Below, one piece after another: positions 53,250-64,000 of a stretch of 64,000 nt of DNA. The notes below the pieces were generated by a model. That model worked only from the letters and a program-made list of their open reading frames with translations, was not told the origin of the DNA and made no database searches. Source of the stretch: Eledone cirrhosa (lineage: Eukaryota). The stretch covers positions 51,832,001-51,896,000 of the forward strand of contig OZ024751.1 of assembly GCA_964016885.1 (NCBI GenBank), given 5' to 3'. The translations under genes were made by a program, and so were the position numbers. The stretch's first letter is position 1, and each line of letters begins with the position of its first letter.

Positions 53250-53347
53250 ATGTCTAACAGTATTATAGCTGCACTGACTGCTGCCAGTGCTATTGCGGTG
53301 ATTAACCTCATCTTTATCATTGCTTTCATTATTTGGAGATGTAAACG
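53250..53347 (+). CDS. Orphan single-pass membrane protein, coding exon 1 (TM helix); exon starts 53224
   Basis: MSNSIIAALTAASAIAVINLIFIIAFIIWRCK(R); acceptor tttcctgtttcag; in-frame upstream TAA at 53235; donor GTAAAT; phase 2. Confidence 0.75.
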
Positions 53348-53384
53348 GTAAATACAATTTATATATTTCCCTGCAGTATTTGTG

Positions 53385-53700
53385 TGGGAAGGCATGTGGT
53401 TTTGTGGTTAGGGAATTTGTCTCACGATTGTATGGTCGTCAGATCAATTCCTGGTGGTGCGTTGTGTTCTTGAACAAGACACTTTTGCACCAGTTTACTC
53501 AGCTGCCAAAAATGAGTTGCACCTATAATTCGAAGGGCCAGCTTTGTCACATTCTGTGTCACACAGAATCTCCCTGAGAACTACGTTAAAGGTACACATG
53601 TTTGTGTAATGCTCAGCCACTTGCACATTAATTTCACAAGCAGGCTGTTCCGTTGATCAGATCAACTGGAACACTTGTCATCGTAACTGACAGAGTGCCT
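53385..53700 (+). mobile_element. tRNA-SINE family (second copy 62308-62600)
   Basis: Shared head and body aagggccagc...aatctccctgagaac. Confidence 0.6.
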
Positions 53701-54510
53701 TCCATTCCACTTGGGTGGCAAGTTATTTGATCTGAGACAGGGTTTTGAAACAAAAGCATTTATACCGTGGAAAAGTCATTTTAATCACAGTTAAACTTAT
53801 TTGGGTGAAGGTGCATGGCTGAGTGATTAGAGAATTGGATTCGCAATCATGAGGTTGTGAGTTCAATTCCTGGACTGGGTGATGCGTTATGTCCTTGAGC
53901 AAAACACTTTATTTCATATTGCTCCTTCCTTTTGGAATTGCAACCAGTAGATAGTATTAGCAATTGGAAACAATGTTTCCTCGGTCTGATTTGACGAGCT
54001 CTATTTCACTTGTTAAGCAAATGAGTTCTGAGATCTTGTTGATCGACTGTTATATATACTTATTTGGCAAGTGATTTGATCTGAGATTGTGTGTTGAAAC
54101 CAAAGCAATTACATTGTAGAAGAGTCATTTGAGCTATTAAAAAAAAAAATCTTGCTAACTTCACTTTACATCTATCATTTATTTCTTGTTGACCAAATTT
54201 TCCTCAACTGTTTGCAACCTGGTCATTCAAATAATTGCACTCCACTACTTTTTTTTTCAAGTCTGGTACATATTTTATCGATCACTTTTTGTCAAACTGT
54301 TAAGTTAAAGTTAATAAACCCAGACATGGATACACTAACACACACACATGGGAAATGGATATAAAATGATGACAATGGAGTCATCTTCTTCATCTTGGTC
54401 TTTTTAAACATTTTAACCTCATCTTTTCTGTTTTGTAAGACATATCATTTCAAACTATTTCCTGCAAGTTCATCCTAATATTTATGATTTTCTTTCAACA
54501 ATAAAAAAAG

Positions 54511-54812
54511 GTGGAGAAAACCAAAGCCTGCTGCCATGACTCCACTGTCGTCCCAACCAACTGTATTGAAAAGAAAGCCCATAAATATCAACAGAATAGA
54601 TTTGAACCAAGAACACTTTACTGTGCCACCACAAAACTCCTACATTTATACATTACCAAGTGAAATACAGCCAGTTCCTCACAGAAATCCTATTCCATAT
54701 CACATGCAATCAAACAAACCCCTTAATAGAGGATGGCCACCTTCTGAACAGTTTTTAACCATGAATGATTCAATTATCTGGCGTCCAGTTGAGAATAACG
54801 GTTTTCTTCCTG
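54511..54812 (+). CDS. Orphan membrane protein, coding exon 2 (Pro-rich tail)
   Basis: AG at 54509-10 restores the frame (CG+G=Arg); WRKPKPAAMTPLSSQ...NNGFLP; donor GTAAAT at 54813; phase 1. Confidence 0.7.
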
Positions 54813-54938
54813 GTAAATATCTCAATAGAATTTTGGAACGTTGGTTCATTCCTTTACTCTTTTTATTCATATTATTTATCATCATCATCTCCGTTAAACA
54901 TTCATTTTTCCATGAATGGGTTAGATGAGAAAAGGAAA

Positions 54939-55016
54939 TGCTTACAGCACCTAGATTTCCCAAGCGGTCACCTATCTAAGTACTAATTGGTAATCAGACG
55001 AGAACTGGTGTTTTCA
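54939..55016 (-). pseudogene. 5S rRNA-derived fragment with internal deletion
   Basis: tgaaaacaccagttctcgtctgat...ttagtacttagataggtgaccgcttgggaa...gtgctgtaagc follows the 5S consensus. Confidence 0.75.
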
Positions 55017-55877
55017 TATTATATTATTTATGGTGATGAAAAGCAGTGGATTAGCAGAATTGTTAGAGCATCAAATGCTTTGTGGTATTTGTTCCAGCTC
55101 TCTACGCTCTGAATTCAAATCCCACTAAGGTGAACTTTGACTTTCGGCCTTCCAGAGTCAATAAAATATAGTACCAGTTAAATACTGAGGTTGATACAAT
55201 CGATTTCCCCAAATACCAAATTGCTAACCTTGTGCCAATATTAGAAAAAATATTTATAATATTTATTATTTATCTTATATACTATTTTCATTATATATAT
55301 TTATGTATTTACATTATATATTATTTATGATGATGATGATGATGATATTTACATCATATATTATTTTCATTATATATTATTTATTATTTAGTAGGCGGTG
55401 GATTGGCAGTATCAGTAGAGGGTCAGACGCCATTCTGAGTTCAAATCACGCTGAGGTTAACTTTGCCTTTCATCCTTAGGGGGTTGATAAAATAAAGTAC
55501 CAGTAATGTACTGGGATAATTGCTGGCCTTGTGCCAAAAGTAGAAACAATTATTTACCTTATGTATTATTTACATTATATATTCTTTATTATGTATTATT
55601 TGCATTATATATTCTTTATTATGTATTATTTGCATTATATATTCTTTATTATGTATTATTTACATTATATATTATTTATTATGTATTATTCACAATCCCG
55701 CCGAGGTTAACTTTGCCTTTCATCCTTACGGGGTCGATAAAATAAAATACCAGTAATACACTGGGATAATTGCTGGCCTTGTGCCAAAAGTAAAAACAGT
55801 TATATATTATTTACATTATATATTATTTATTATATATTATTTTCATTAAATATTATTTATTATGTATTGTTTTCCAG

Positions 55878-55896
55878 ACACAGAAGAAGAAAATCT
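55878..55896 (+). CDS. Orphan membrane protein, 19-nt microexon
   Basis: ttgttttccag|ACACAGAAGAAGAAAATCT|gtaagt; phase 1/2; encodes DTEEEN. Confidence 0.7.
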
Positions 55897-56324
55897 GTAA
55901 GTAATATTTTCATCTATGAAAGATGTGAATTGGCTATCTTTCATCCTTTCAAAGTCAGTAAAGTACCAGTTTAATATTGAGGGTGATTCATTCATTATCT
56001 TTTTCACTTTCTCACTCTCAAAGAAATCATCTCTGTTCAGACCCAAGATTAAGGAGCCTTCTTTACCTTTAACTATTTATAAATACAATAAGTTTCATAA
56101 AAATGTAGTAAATTGTGAATCTTGACAACTCATGCTTGTATGGAAAAATTTCTGTTAATAGAATTATTAAAATTTATATATATTATTTGAATGTTATATT
56201 TTTATTAATAATTTTCTATAGTTAGACTTTGTACCATTTGTAGAAAATTATATAATTTAATATTTCTTGGTTATTATTAAAATTATTTTAAATGTTCTTT
56301 CTTTTTTCTTTTTAACTCTTCCAG

Positions 56325-56331
56325 GGACTCA
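56325..56331 (+). CDS. Orphan membrane protein, 7-nt microexon
   Basis: Long polypyrimidine tract then ccag|GGACTCA|gtgagt; phase 2/0; encodes LDS. Confidence 0.68.
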
Positions 56332-56996
56332 GTGAGTATAATTTTTTATTTATCTCATTATTCATAATCTAATAATTATAAAATAATGAAAAATATGTAT
56401 CCATATGCCAGGTGGTACTATTAAGTTAGACATGTCCTGGGCCAATACTGGCCAAAACACATCACTGGCTGAAACACAGCACTGGCTGAAAAAAAGCGCT
56501 GACTGAAACCCAATACCCAGTTCACCCTGTAAAGTGGTTGGCTTTAGGAAGAGCATCCAGCCATAGAAACCATGCCAAATATGAAATGTAAGGAGCAAAA
56601 TTGATTGCTCCAATTCTCAGCTTGGAAGAGGGATGTAAAATGATGACAACATTCTTTCAAGGTCAATAAAATAACGAACCTGTTATGTACTGGGGTAGAT
56701 ATAATCAATTTTCCCCTTTCTCCAAATGTTTGTCCTTGCGCCAATGCAAGAAAGATTGGATTGGCAGTATCAGTAGAGCATCAGACACCATGCTTTGTGG
56801 CACTGAGTTACAACACTTTACGTTCTGATTTCAAATCCCACTGTTGTTAGCTTCACCTTCCATCCTTACGGGGCTCGATAAAGTAAAGTATCAGTAATTC
56901 ACTGGGGTTGATTTAATCAAGTTTGCCAAAAATTGTTGGCTTTGTACCTGAATCAGAAATCATTATAATAATGTTTTTTTTAATGTCCACTTTCAG

Positions 56997-57101
56997 AATG
57001 TGAAACCTGACTACATGAAAAGACAGAGGGATCCAAATATTGGGTCAGTAAAATATCTACCTGAATTCAATGGTGAAGTATATTATTCCAGGAATATATG
57101 A
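56997..57101 (+). CDS. Orphan membrane protein, terminal coding exon
   Basis: actttcag|NVKPDYMKRQRDPNIGSVKYLPEFNGEVYYSRNI-TGA; phase 0. Confidence 0.68.
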   Translation, partial: NVKPDYMKRQRDPNIGSVKYLPEFNGEVYYSRNI

Positions 57102-57417
57102 TATATGTAGATTGATGTCCATTTGATTTGAAGACATTTTGGAAGGTAAGGAGAAAGAGAGAGAAAAAATAATTAGGAAGTGGAACTAAAAGATTGTTCT
57201 CAATTTATCTACTTCCTAACATGCACATATACACACATATATATATGTGTATATAGATATATATATTTATTTATATATATATAGATATATTTATGTATTT
57301 ATATATATATATAACCAGGAATGATCGAAGCATATTCTATATTACATATATGATTGGCACCTTCCAGCCTGATAAGTTGAGCACTCTACAGTTTCAGGAA
57401 ATTAACCAACATACACC

Positions 57418-60400
57418 ATGGACGTTTATAAATTGGATTATTCTATTAAAAATATACCTACTCCTTCCAACACCACCTATACCAAATTATTAATCGATAA
57501 AATTGAACAAGTCATAAAAAGAATGAGATGGAAGGCTATGATTTTCAATGGACAATTCTGTGTTGATTCTAATGAGTACTTTGACATTAAATCTCGCAAA
57601 TACCCACCTAGAGTTAAGGACATGGCCAACTTCCAAATAGACCTAGTTAACTTAATTAGTGAATTAAAATATCTAAGTACAACAATAATTTTCAATCCAA
57701 ACTCTTTAACGACATCTCTAATTTTAAACACTACAAATACTTTCGTTTTTTCTGACAAAACCAAAAATCTTTTTGAAGTAAATAACAATTTGTATAACCA
57801 ACTATTAACAGATAGCATTACGGCTAAATATCAAATAGCTAACATTAATACTTACAACACCATTAATAATGAAGCTAAAGCCCTAGCTAGTTCTTTAAAA
57901 ATAGATAACCGGATTGAAAGCCTAGCTAAATGTAAAGCATATATTACCCTTAAAGACCATAAATTAGACTTTACTAATCGACCTAGTTGTAGACTAATTA
58001 AATCTGCTAAATCTGAAATTGGCCTTGCGAGTAAAAAAAATCTTAAGAAAAATAATACTTCAAATAAGAACTATGACTGACTTATCTCAGTGGTTAAATA
58101 CATCCTCTGTTATTTCTTGGTTTAATAATATACAAGGAAAAAATAAGTGTAGATTTACCCAATTTAATATTGTTGATTTTTACCCCTCTATCACCGAATC
58201 CTTATTATCAAAAGCCTTAGATTTTGCTAGACTTTTCATTAATATTTCTAAATTAGAAGAAGACGTTATCTTTCATGCTAGGAAAACACTACTCTTTTCT
58301 AATGAAGGTACCTGGGTTAAAAAATCAAGCCCTGAAAACCTCTTTTGATGTTGCGATGGGCTCATATGATAGTGCCGATGTGTGCGACTTAGTAGGATTA
58401 TTCCTCCTCCACACCCTTAAAGAGAAATGTCCTTGCCATAATATCGGCTTCTACTGAGACAACGGTTTGCCATAACCTTAATAAATTCCGTTAAGACTTA
58501 ATTAATACCTTTGCTAACCTAAACCTTAAAATTACTATAGATACGAATCTTACTAATTCTAACTTTCTTGATATCAATCTTGACCTACTTACCGCCTCTT
58601 TTAAACCTTATCATAAACCTAATGAAAATTTAAGATATATATACACAAAGAGTCATGCCATCCCCCTATAGTCTTTAAAAATCTTATTCCTAATATTAGC
58701 CGTAGGATTTCTACCTTATCTTCGTCTATAGACATTTTTAACAAAGCCGGCCCCCAATAACAGCGGCTTCACCGAACAAATTAAATATTTACCTACTCCT
58801 CTTTCTAACATTAAACACAATAACAGGAAAAGAAAATTTATTTTTTTACACCCCCTTCTCTCTAACTGTTAAAACTAACGTAGGAAGAAAATTCCTCAAC
58901 CTCCTAGACAAACATTTTCCCCCTAATCATAGATGTAATAAGATATTTAATAGAAATGTAGTTAAAATCAGTTACTCTTGCTGCCCATCAATGAAAACTA
59001 AAATGACCAACTCTAATGGTACTAGAATAAATCCAGGATGCAGTTGCCGGAAGAATGCCCATTACAGGGTAAATGTAATACCAAATCTATTGTGTATGAG
59101 GCCAAATTGACACCGATGATTAATAACCAGCTAGCCAGGAGTGAACGATATGTTGGCATGACTCAGGACAGATTTAAAATCAGATACTATGCACATGTCG
59201 CTTCTTTCAAACACCCTGAAAAAAGAACAGCAACGGCGCTGGCAAATAAAGTGTGGGAGTTTAAAGACAAAAACATTCTGTTCACTATTGGTTGGTCTAT
59301 TTTAGACCATTCAAGAGAGTACTAAAGGGGCACAAAGAACTGTTCTTTGTGTTATACCGAAAAATTTAGAATTCTCCAAAATTGAAAACCCCTCCCACTT
59401 GTGTCAACTCTAAGACCAAGATCTTTAGATGTTGTCCGCACCTACTTTTTAACTGGATTAACACACCGACGATTACTCAACCACCTTGAGTTTCTTCTTT
59501 ACTTATCACGCCTTCCACTCCCTACCAATATCATTACCTTATGAACACATACTTTCTACCAATATATACTTTTTCTCCCTCATCTCTTTCTATATATTTC
59601 TTTACTTTTATTTTTTATTTTATTTATTTATTTTTTTCAATTGACTTATAATTCCCCCTTCCTACTTTCTACCATACCTTTAACACATACACACCCACCA
59701 CCTTCATCCTTTAACCTATCCAGATATCATCACAAGCACTCACACTCTACTACAACTTTTACACCCCTTTTCTCCCTTACCTGTTCTTAATAATTGTTTT
59801 TATTATTTTATTTCAGTTTTACTCCCCCTTGTCCTTACTAGGTTTTTAAGTATACTCACATAAGGTTGTATGTGGGCGCATATGCTGACAGGCTTATGTG
59901 TACATACATATATACGTGTTTTTATTATTTATAAGTATGTGTGTGTGTGTGTATATATATGTTTGTGTATGTGTACGCGCATTTATAAGCATAGGGATAT
60001 TTATTTAGTCGGTTATTCAACAAAAATATATAATTTTAACTGATTTGAAGCACTCGACAAGTCTTCTGGAGTATAATACCACCCCTTTTTTTTCATTTTT
60101 TCATTTTTTGGTACTCCCCTTTTATACTCCCACCTGCGAGCGTGTGTGTATTTATAGTTTGTCTGCCTATATGTTTATGTACACACATACGCACATGTAT
60201 GTATGTGTGTGTGTATATTTATATATATTTATATATGTATATATATATGTGTGTGTATGTGTTTGTATATATATGTTTTTGTATATATGTGTATAGATTT
60301 ACATATATAGATATACAAATATATGTAAAGATTTACATATATTTGTATGCGTGTGTTAATTTGTTATTGCGTGCGCGCGCGTATGTGTACGTGGGTTATG

Positions 60401-61160
60401 TACCTTTGAGATTCATTTATCTAATTTATTGTAGGTTTTTTTGTATGTGTATGTGTGTGTATATGTATGTATGTTTGTGTATATGTATATATATGTGTAT
60501 GTATATGTACGTATATTTATTTTACATATGTGTTTTTGTGTATAGATATGTATGCATGTATATGTGTATATATGTATATGCATATCGTGTGTATTTGTTT
60601 ATTTTTAAGTTGTTTCTATTTATTTCCCCTCCCCCACACATCCCCTTTTTTACTTTTTGTTTTTGATTTTGATTTTTACTTTCTTATATATATATACTTT
60701 GTATTTTTTGTTCTTATTTATTTATTTAGTTATTCCTGTTTCTAAACTTCTTCCCGTATTTGTGTGTACATTTTTGAGTGCATATATATCTGTGTATATG
60801 TATCATCATCGTGTATGTATTTATGTTCCTGTCCGTATTTCTATTTAGACGCAAATACGCTTATGTGAGAAAGTATATGTCTTCGTACTATTAAGTATAT
60901 GCGTGTAGTTGAGTGTGTGTATGTTTATGTTCTGGATATTTATTATTTTTTTATATATATATTTTTTATATTTATTTTTTTTCCCCTATTTCATTTTCGC
61001 CTGTTTTTTTTTCAGCCTCACTTTCATATTTCTTAAATTTTGTTTTCAAATCTATATTTAATAAAAACACCATGTTATTTATTCATTCTGACGACTGAAA
61101 ACAGACACATCTGCCTTCAAGAAACCACTGGTAAATGAAATAATTATTTTATGTTGTTTA
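57418..61160 (+). mobile_element. Decayed Penelope-like element (RT plus GIY-YIG) with a hammerhead downstream
   Basis: FNIVDFYPSI, AMGSYDSADVCDLVG, CPLQGKCNTKSIVYEA...YVGMTQDRFKIRY; many frameshifts; coding ends near 59460; link to the HHR at 61082 is inferred. Confidence 0.85.
61082..61139 (+). ncRNA. Type-I hammerhead ribozyme
   Basis: UUCAUU-CUGACGA-[UGAA..CAGA-CACA-UCUG..UUCA]-GAAACCACUGGUA-AAUGAA; 6-bp stem I. Confidence 0.8.
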
Positions 61161-62755
61161 TTACATAACTAATATATATATATATATATATATATAAGAA
61201 AAATAAATGTGAAGACTAAATCCGAAGAGGGCTCGATAAGGATTATATATATATATATATAAATATATAAACCTGTTAAGGGTGAAAGCAGCGATTCTTT
61301 GCTTAAACTTTAATCTGTTCTTATAATAAATATATATATATATACACACACGCATACACATATATGTGTATGTGTGTACATATATATAGTACTAAAAAAA
61401 CATAACAAAATATTAGGGGTGGGAAAACGCGCACGCTCAAACATACCACAAGAGCCACTGGAGCTTCCCTCTAATAATTTTTGTGGCAAGCCAGCACATT
61501 CACAGCATTGCAACAGATAATAGCAAGGCTAAAACGTTAGAATAGCCAAGCACCCTCACCAGGAGCATCATCTCATACGTTGGTAAGGCAAGCTACCACC
61601 AATGACGAGAACCTTGTTGTCAACCGTGCAACTCCTCCAAGCATCTTAAATGTCACTGGCTGGAAAAAAATAGTTTTGGGTTTTTTTTTTATTCTGTTTG
61701 GCTGTGGATGCAGTGATCAGTGACATTCACCTTTACTGCAACATCTAGGATGTTGGAAAGAACAAAAGAGTTACTAAAAGATATGAGAGAAATATATGTG
61801 TGTGTTGATCCTCTATCAGCTTCAATGACAAGTGTTCTACTTGTATATAAATTCAGCATTTTCCACGCTCACACGATAATCAATATTATTCAAGCATTAA
61901 ATAATTCAAATATATGGAAAATAAAAAATAAAAATTTAATAATGATATAAGTAAAATTTGTTTTAAAATGATAAAATAGATTTTATAGAGTTTTTATTTT
62001 AATCTTTACTTCTCTGAAAGTAAAATCATTTCAGCTTTCATATACATAGACATCTTCCAATCTGTTATAATTGTATTCATATCTAGAATGTATTTATGTC
62101 AAAATGTTTGTGACGTAAACAAGATTGAAGTGTCCCAGCAACAAAGATATCTCGTACAAAAGTTACAAATACTGCTCTGACTTCCTCCGAATGTTGCTGA
62201 ATTTAGGTAGCAAACATGTTAGGGTCTCCTAGTACTATTTGCGGTAATGTTTAACAGTCTGATGCCCTTCTAGATGCCAACCCTTTTAGTCACCTCTTAC
62301 TATATGCAGGCACATGGCTTAGTGGTTAGGGTGTTCTGCTCACAAACAAGCTCTTTAATCTGATATTTGGTGACATATTGTGTCCGTGTCCAATGTGCTC
62401 CAGTCCTCTCAGCTGACAAAAATGAGTTGTTTGTAATTCAAAGGGCCAGCCTTATCACTCATTGCTTCACACTAAATCTCCCTGAGAACTTACATTCATG
62501 GTATATGTCTCTATAGAATGCTCAATCACGTGTCTGTTAATTTCATGAGCAGGCTAATCCATTGTACAAACAACTGGAAAACTCAGTCAGAACCGATGGA
62601 AGGTTCAGCATACACACAATATGCAAGCAAGGATATAACTATTATGGCAAAATACTAAGACTGATACTTATCACAAATTTATTTAAAGTGTATATTACAA
62701 AAAATTCATAAGGATATATACTAAAACAAGGAATTGGTTGCATATTTCTTCCTCT

Positions 62756-62850
62756 TCATTTCTGAATCACTTTTCGTATCTCTTCAGCATCTCTCTGAAG
62801 TTCTTCATTGTCAGGGTCTATTTTTAAGGCAGCCTCATAGTCCTGTAAAC
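62756..62850 (-). CDS. DNAAF4: DNAAF4 last coding exon
   Basis: [31 protein letters not shown]-stop, the characteristic DYX1C1 C-terminus. Confidence 0.92.
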
Positions 62851-63094
62851 CTGTAATTTTAATCCAGAACCAATAGTTAGCTAAGCAGAGAAAAATTGTC
62901 AAAATAGATATTAATTGGCATATAATGACATATCTTTGGAGAAAGTTAGCCTATTATCAGCCTTAGTAAATAACTGGTATATATATATTGTAATGATAAG
63001 AACCAATTTGAACCAGGATTTAGAAGCATGTTTTCCTCTAAAACATTAAATCATTTAATAATAATTATAATTATAATGATAAACAACAATTTAC

Positions 63095-63200
63095 CTTCCA
63101 CAAAAAGCTCCATCTTACAGAATGCTGTACCCCTTCTCACAAATGCTTTGCACCTGCTGCTGGCATTTTGGGGTACTGGTGGAACTAGTAGATCCAATGC
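63095..63200 (-). CDS. DNAAF4: DNAAF4 penultimate exon
   Basis: [35 protein letters not shown]; aacag/GTAAA; 106 nt, phase 0/1. Confidence 0.92.
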
Positions 63201-63384
63201 CTGTTCAATGAGAAGAAATGCATTTTACACTTATGTTTTGATTGGTTTGGAAATAAAGTTTCCTAGATCCAATCCAATACTATGCAATAAGACAAGCACC
63301 AGAGATCAAAACACATTGGTACATAGTGTACATGTAAATACTTGTATATATTTTTTATTAAATGATTCATCGCAGAAAGGTCTT

Positions 63385-63590
63385 GTTTCTGTATTTTTCA
63401 ACATAGACCCCCTTGCGGTCCATACACTTCTTCGATAGGTGTTGCAGTGCTTCTAGCTTGTATCCCATTGGTGAAGAAGCTTTCAACCTGTAGGTCAAAA
63501 AGTCATCAACAACAGATATGATGTCATCATCACTGTGATACTGGTTCCCAGCCAAGTGTCTTTTCGTGTTGGGAAACAGATGATAGCCAA
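63385..63590 (-). mobile_element. Mariner transposase C-terminal fragment in a DNAAF4 intron
   Basis: YHLFPNTKRHLAGNQYHSDDD...KCMDRKGVYVEK. Confidence 0.75.
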
Positions 63591-63652
63591 GACCTGTTAA
63601 TGGACCAGTCTCAAATTGACATATATAGTGTTTAAAAACAAGAATCTATTAC

Positions 63653-63725
63653 CTTTGAACTGTCTTCAATACATTTCATATAATTATTTACTTTAAGGTG
63701 GCAAGCAGCTCTGTTAGAATATAGA
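63653..63725 (-). CDS. DNAAF4: Dynein axonemal assembly factor 4 (DYX1C1), TPR exon
   Basis: LYSNRAACHLKVNNYMKCIEDSSK; ttcag/GTAAT; 73 nt. Confidence 0.9.
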
Positions 63726-63799
63726 CTGAACAAGAAGTAAATATTAAGGAAAAATACAGCAAACTTATGATAAATGTTTTGATAAAACATCTGAGCTCC

Positions 63800-64000
63800 C
63801 TCAATAGAGAAATGTTAGCTTTGTAGGTAAAGAAACCTCAATAGAGAAGTGAGAGCTTAGTCTGTAGAGAACCCCTAATAGAGAAGTGAGAGCTTAGTTG
63901 GTAGAGAACCCCTAATAGAGAAGTGAGAGCTTAGTCGGTAGAGAACCCCTAATAGAGAAGTGAGAGCTTAGTCGGCAGAGAACCCCTAATAGAGAAGTGA
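63800..64000. repeat. 37-bp minisatellite running off the window edge
   Basis: Unit agaacccctaatagagaagtgagagcttagtcggtag. Confidence 0.85.

Overview
AT-rich, repeat-dense eukaryotic DNA, most likely from a coleoid cephalopod such as Octopus (inferred from the repeat landscape). Three host genes can be assembled by hand from GT-AG exons with consistent phases. (1) INTS14/VWA9, minus strand: 8 coding exons from 47258 to 6717; its last exon probably lies left of the window. (2) The last three exons of DNAAF4/DYX1C1, minus strand, 63725-62756. (3) An unrecognised plus-strand gene not represented as a unit in the ORF track (CDS 53250-57101): a 176-aa single-pass membrane protein with 19-nt and 7-nt microexons, head-to-head with INTS14. 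The introns contain an intact RTE LINE whose RT carries a PHD finger, plus decayed copies of three RTE subfamilies. They also contain Penelope, R4-like, mariner and Helitron relics, several tRNA-SINE families, TTAA MITEs, long foldbacks and a 4.4-kb (GTN)n satellite. About ten hammerhead-ribozyme motifs were found, several with a palindromic stem III and an unusually long stem II. Everything was read by eye; no searches were run.
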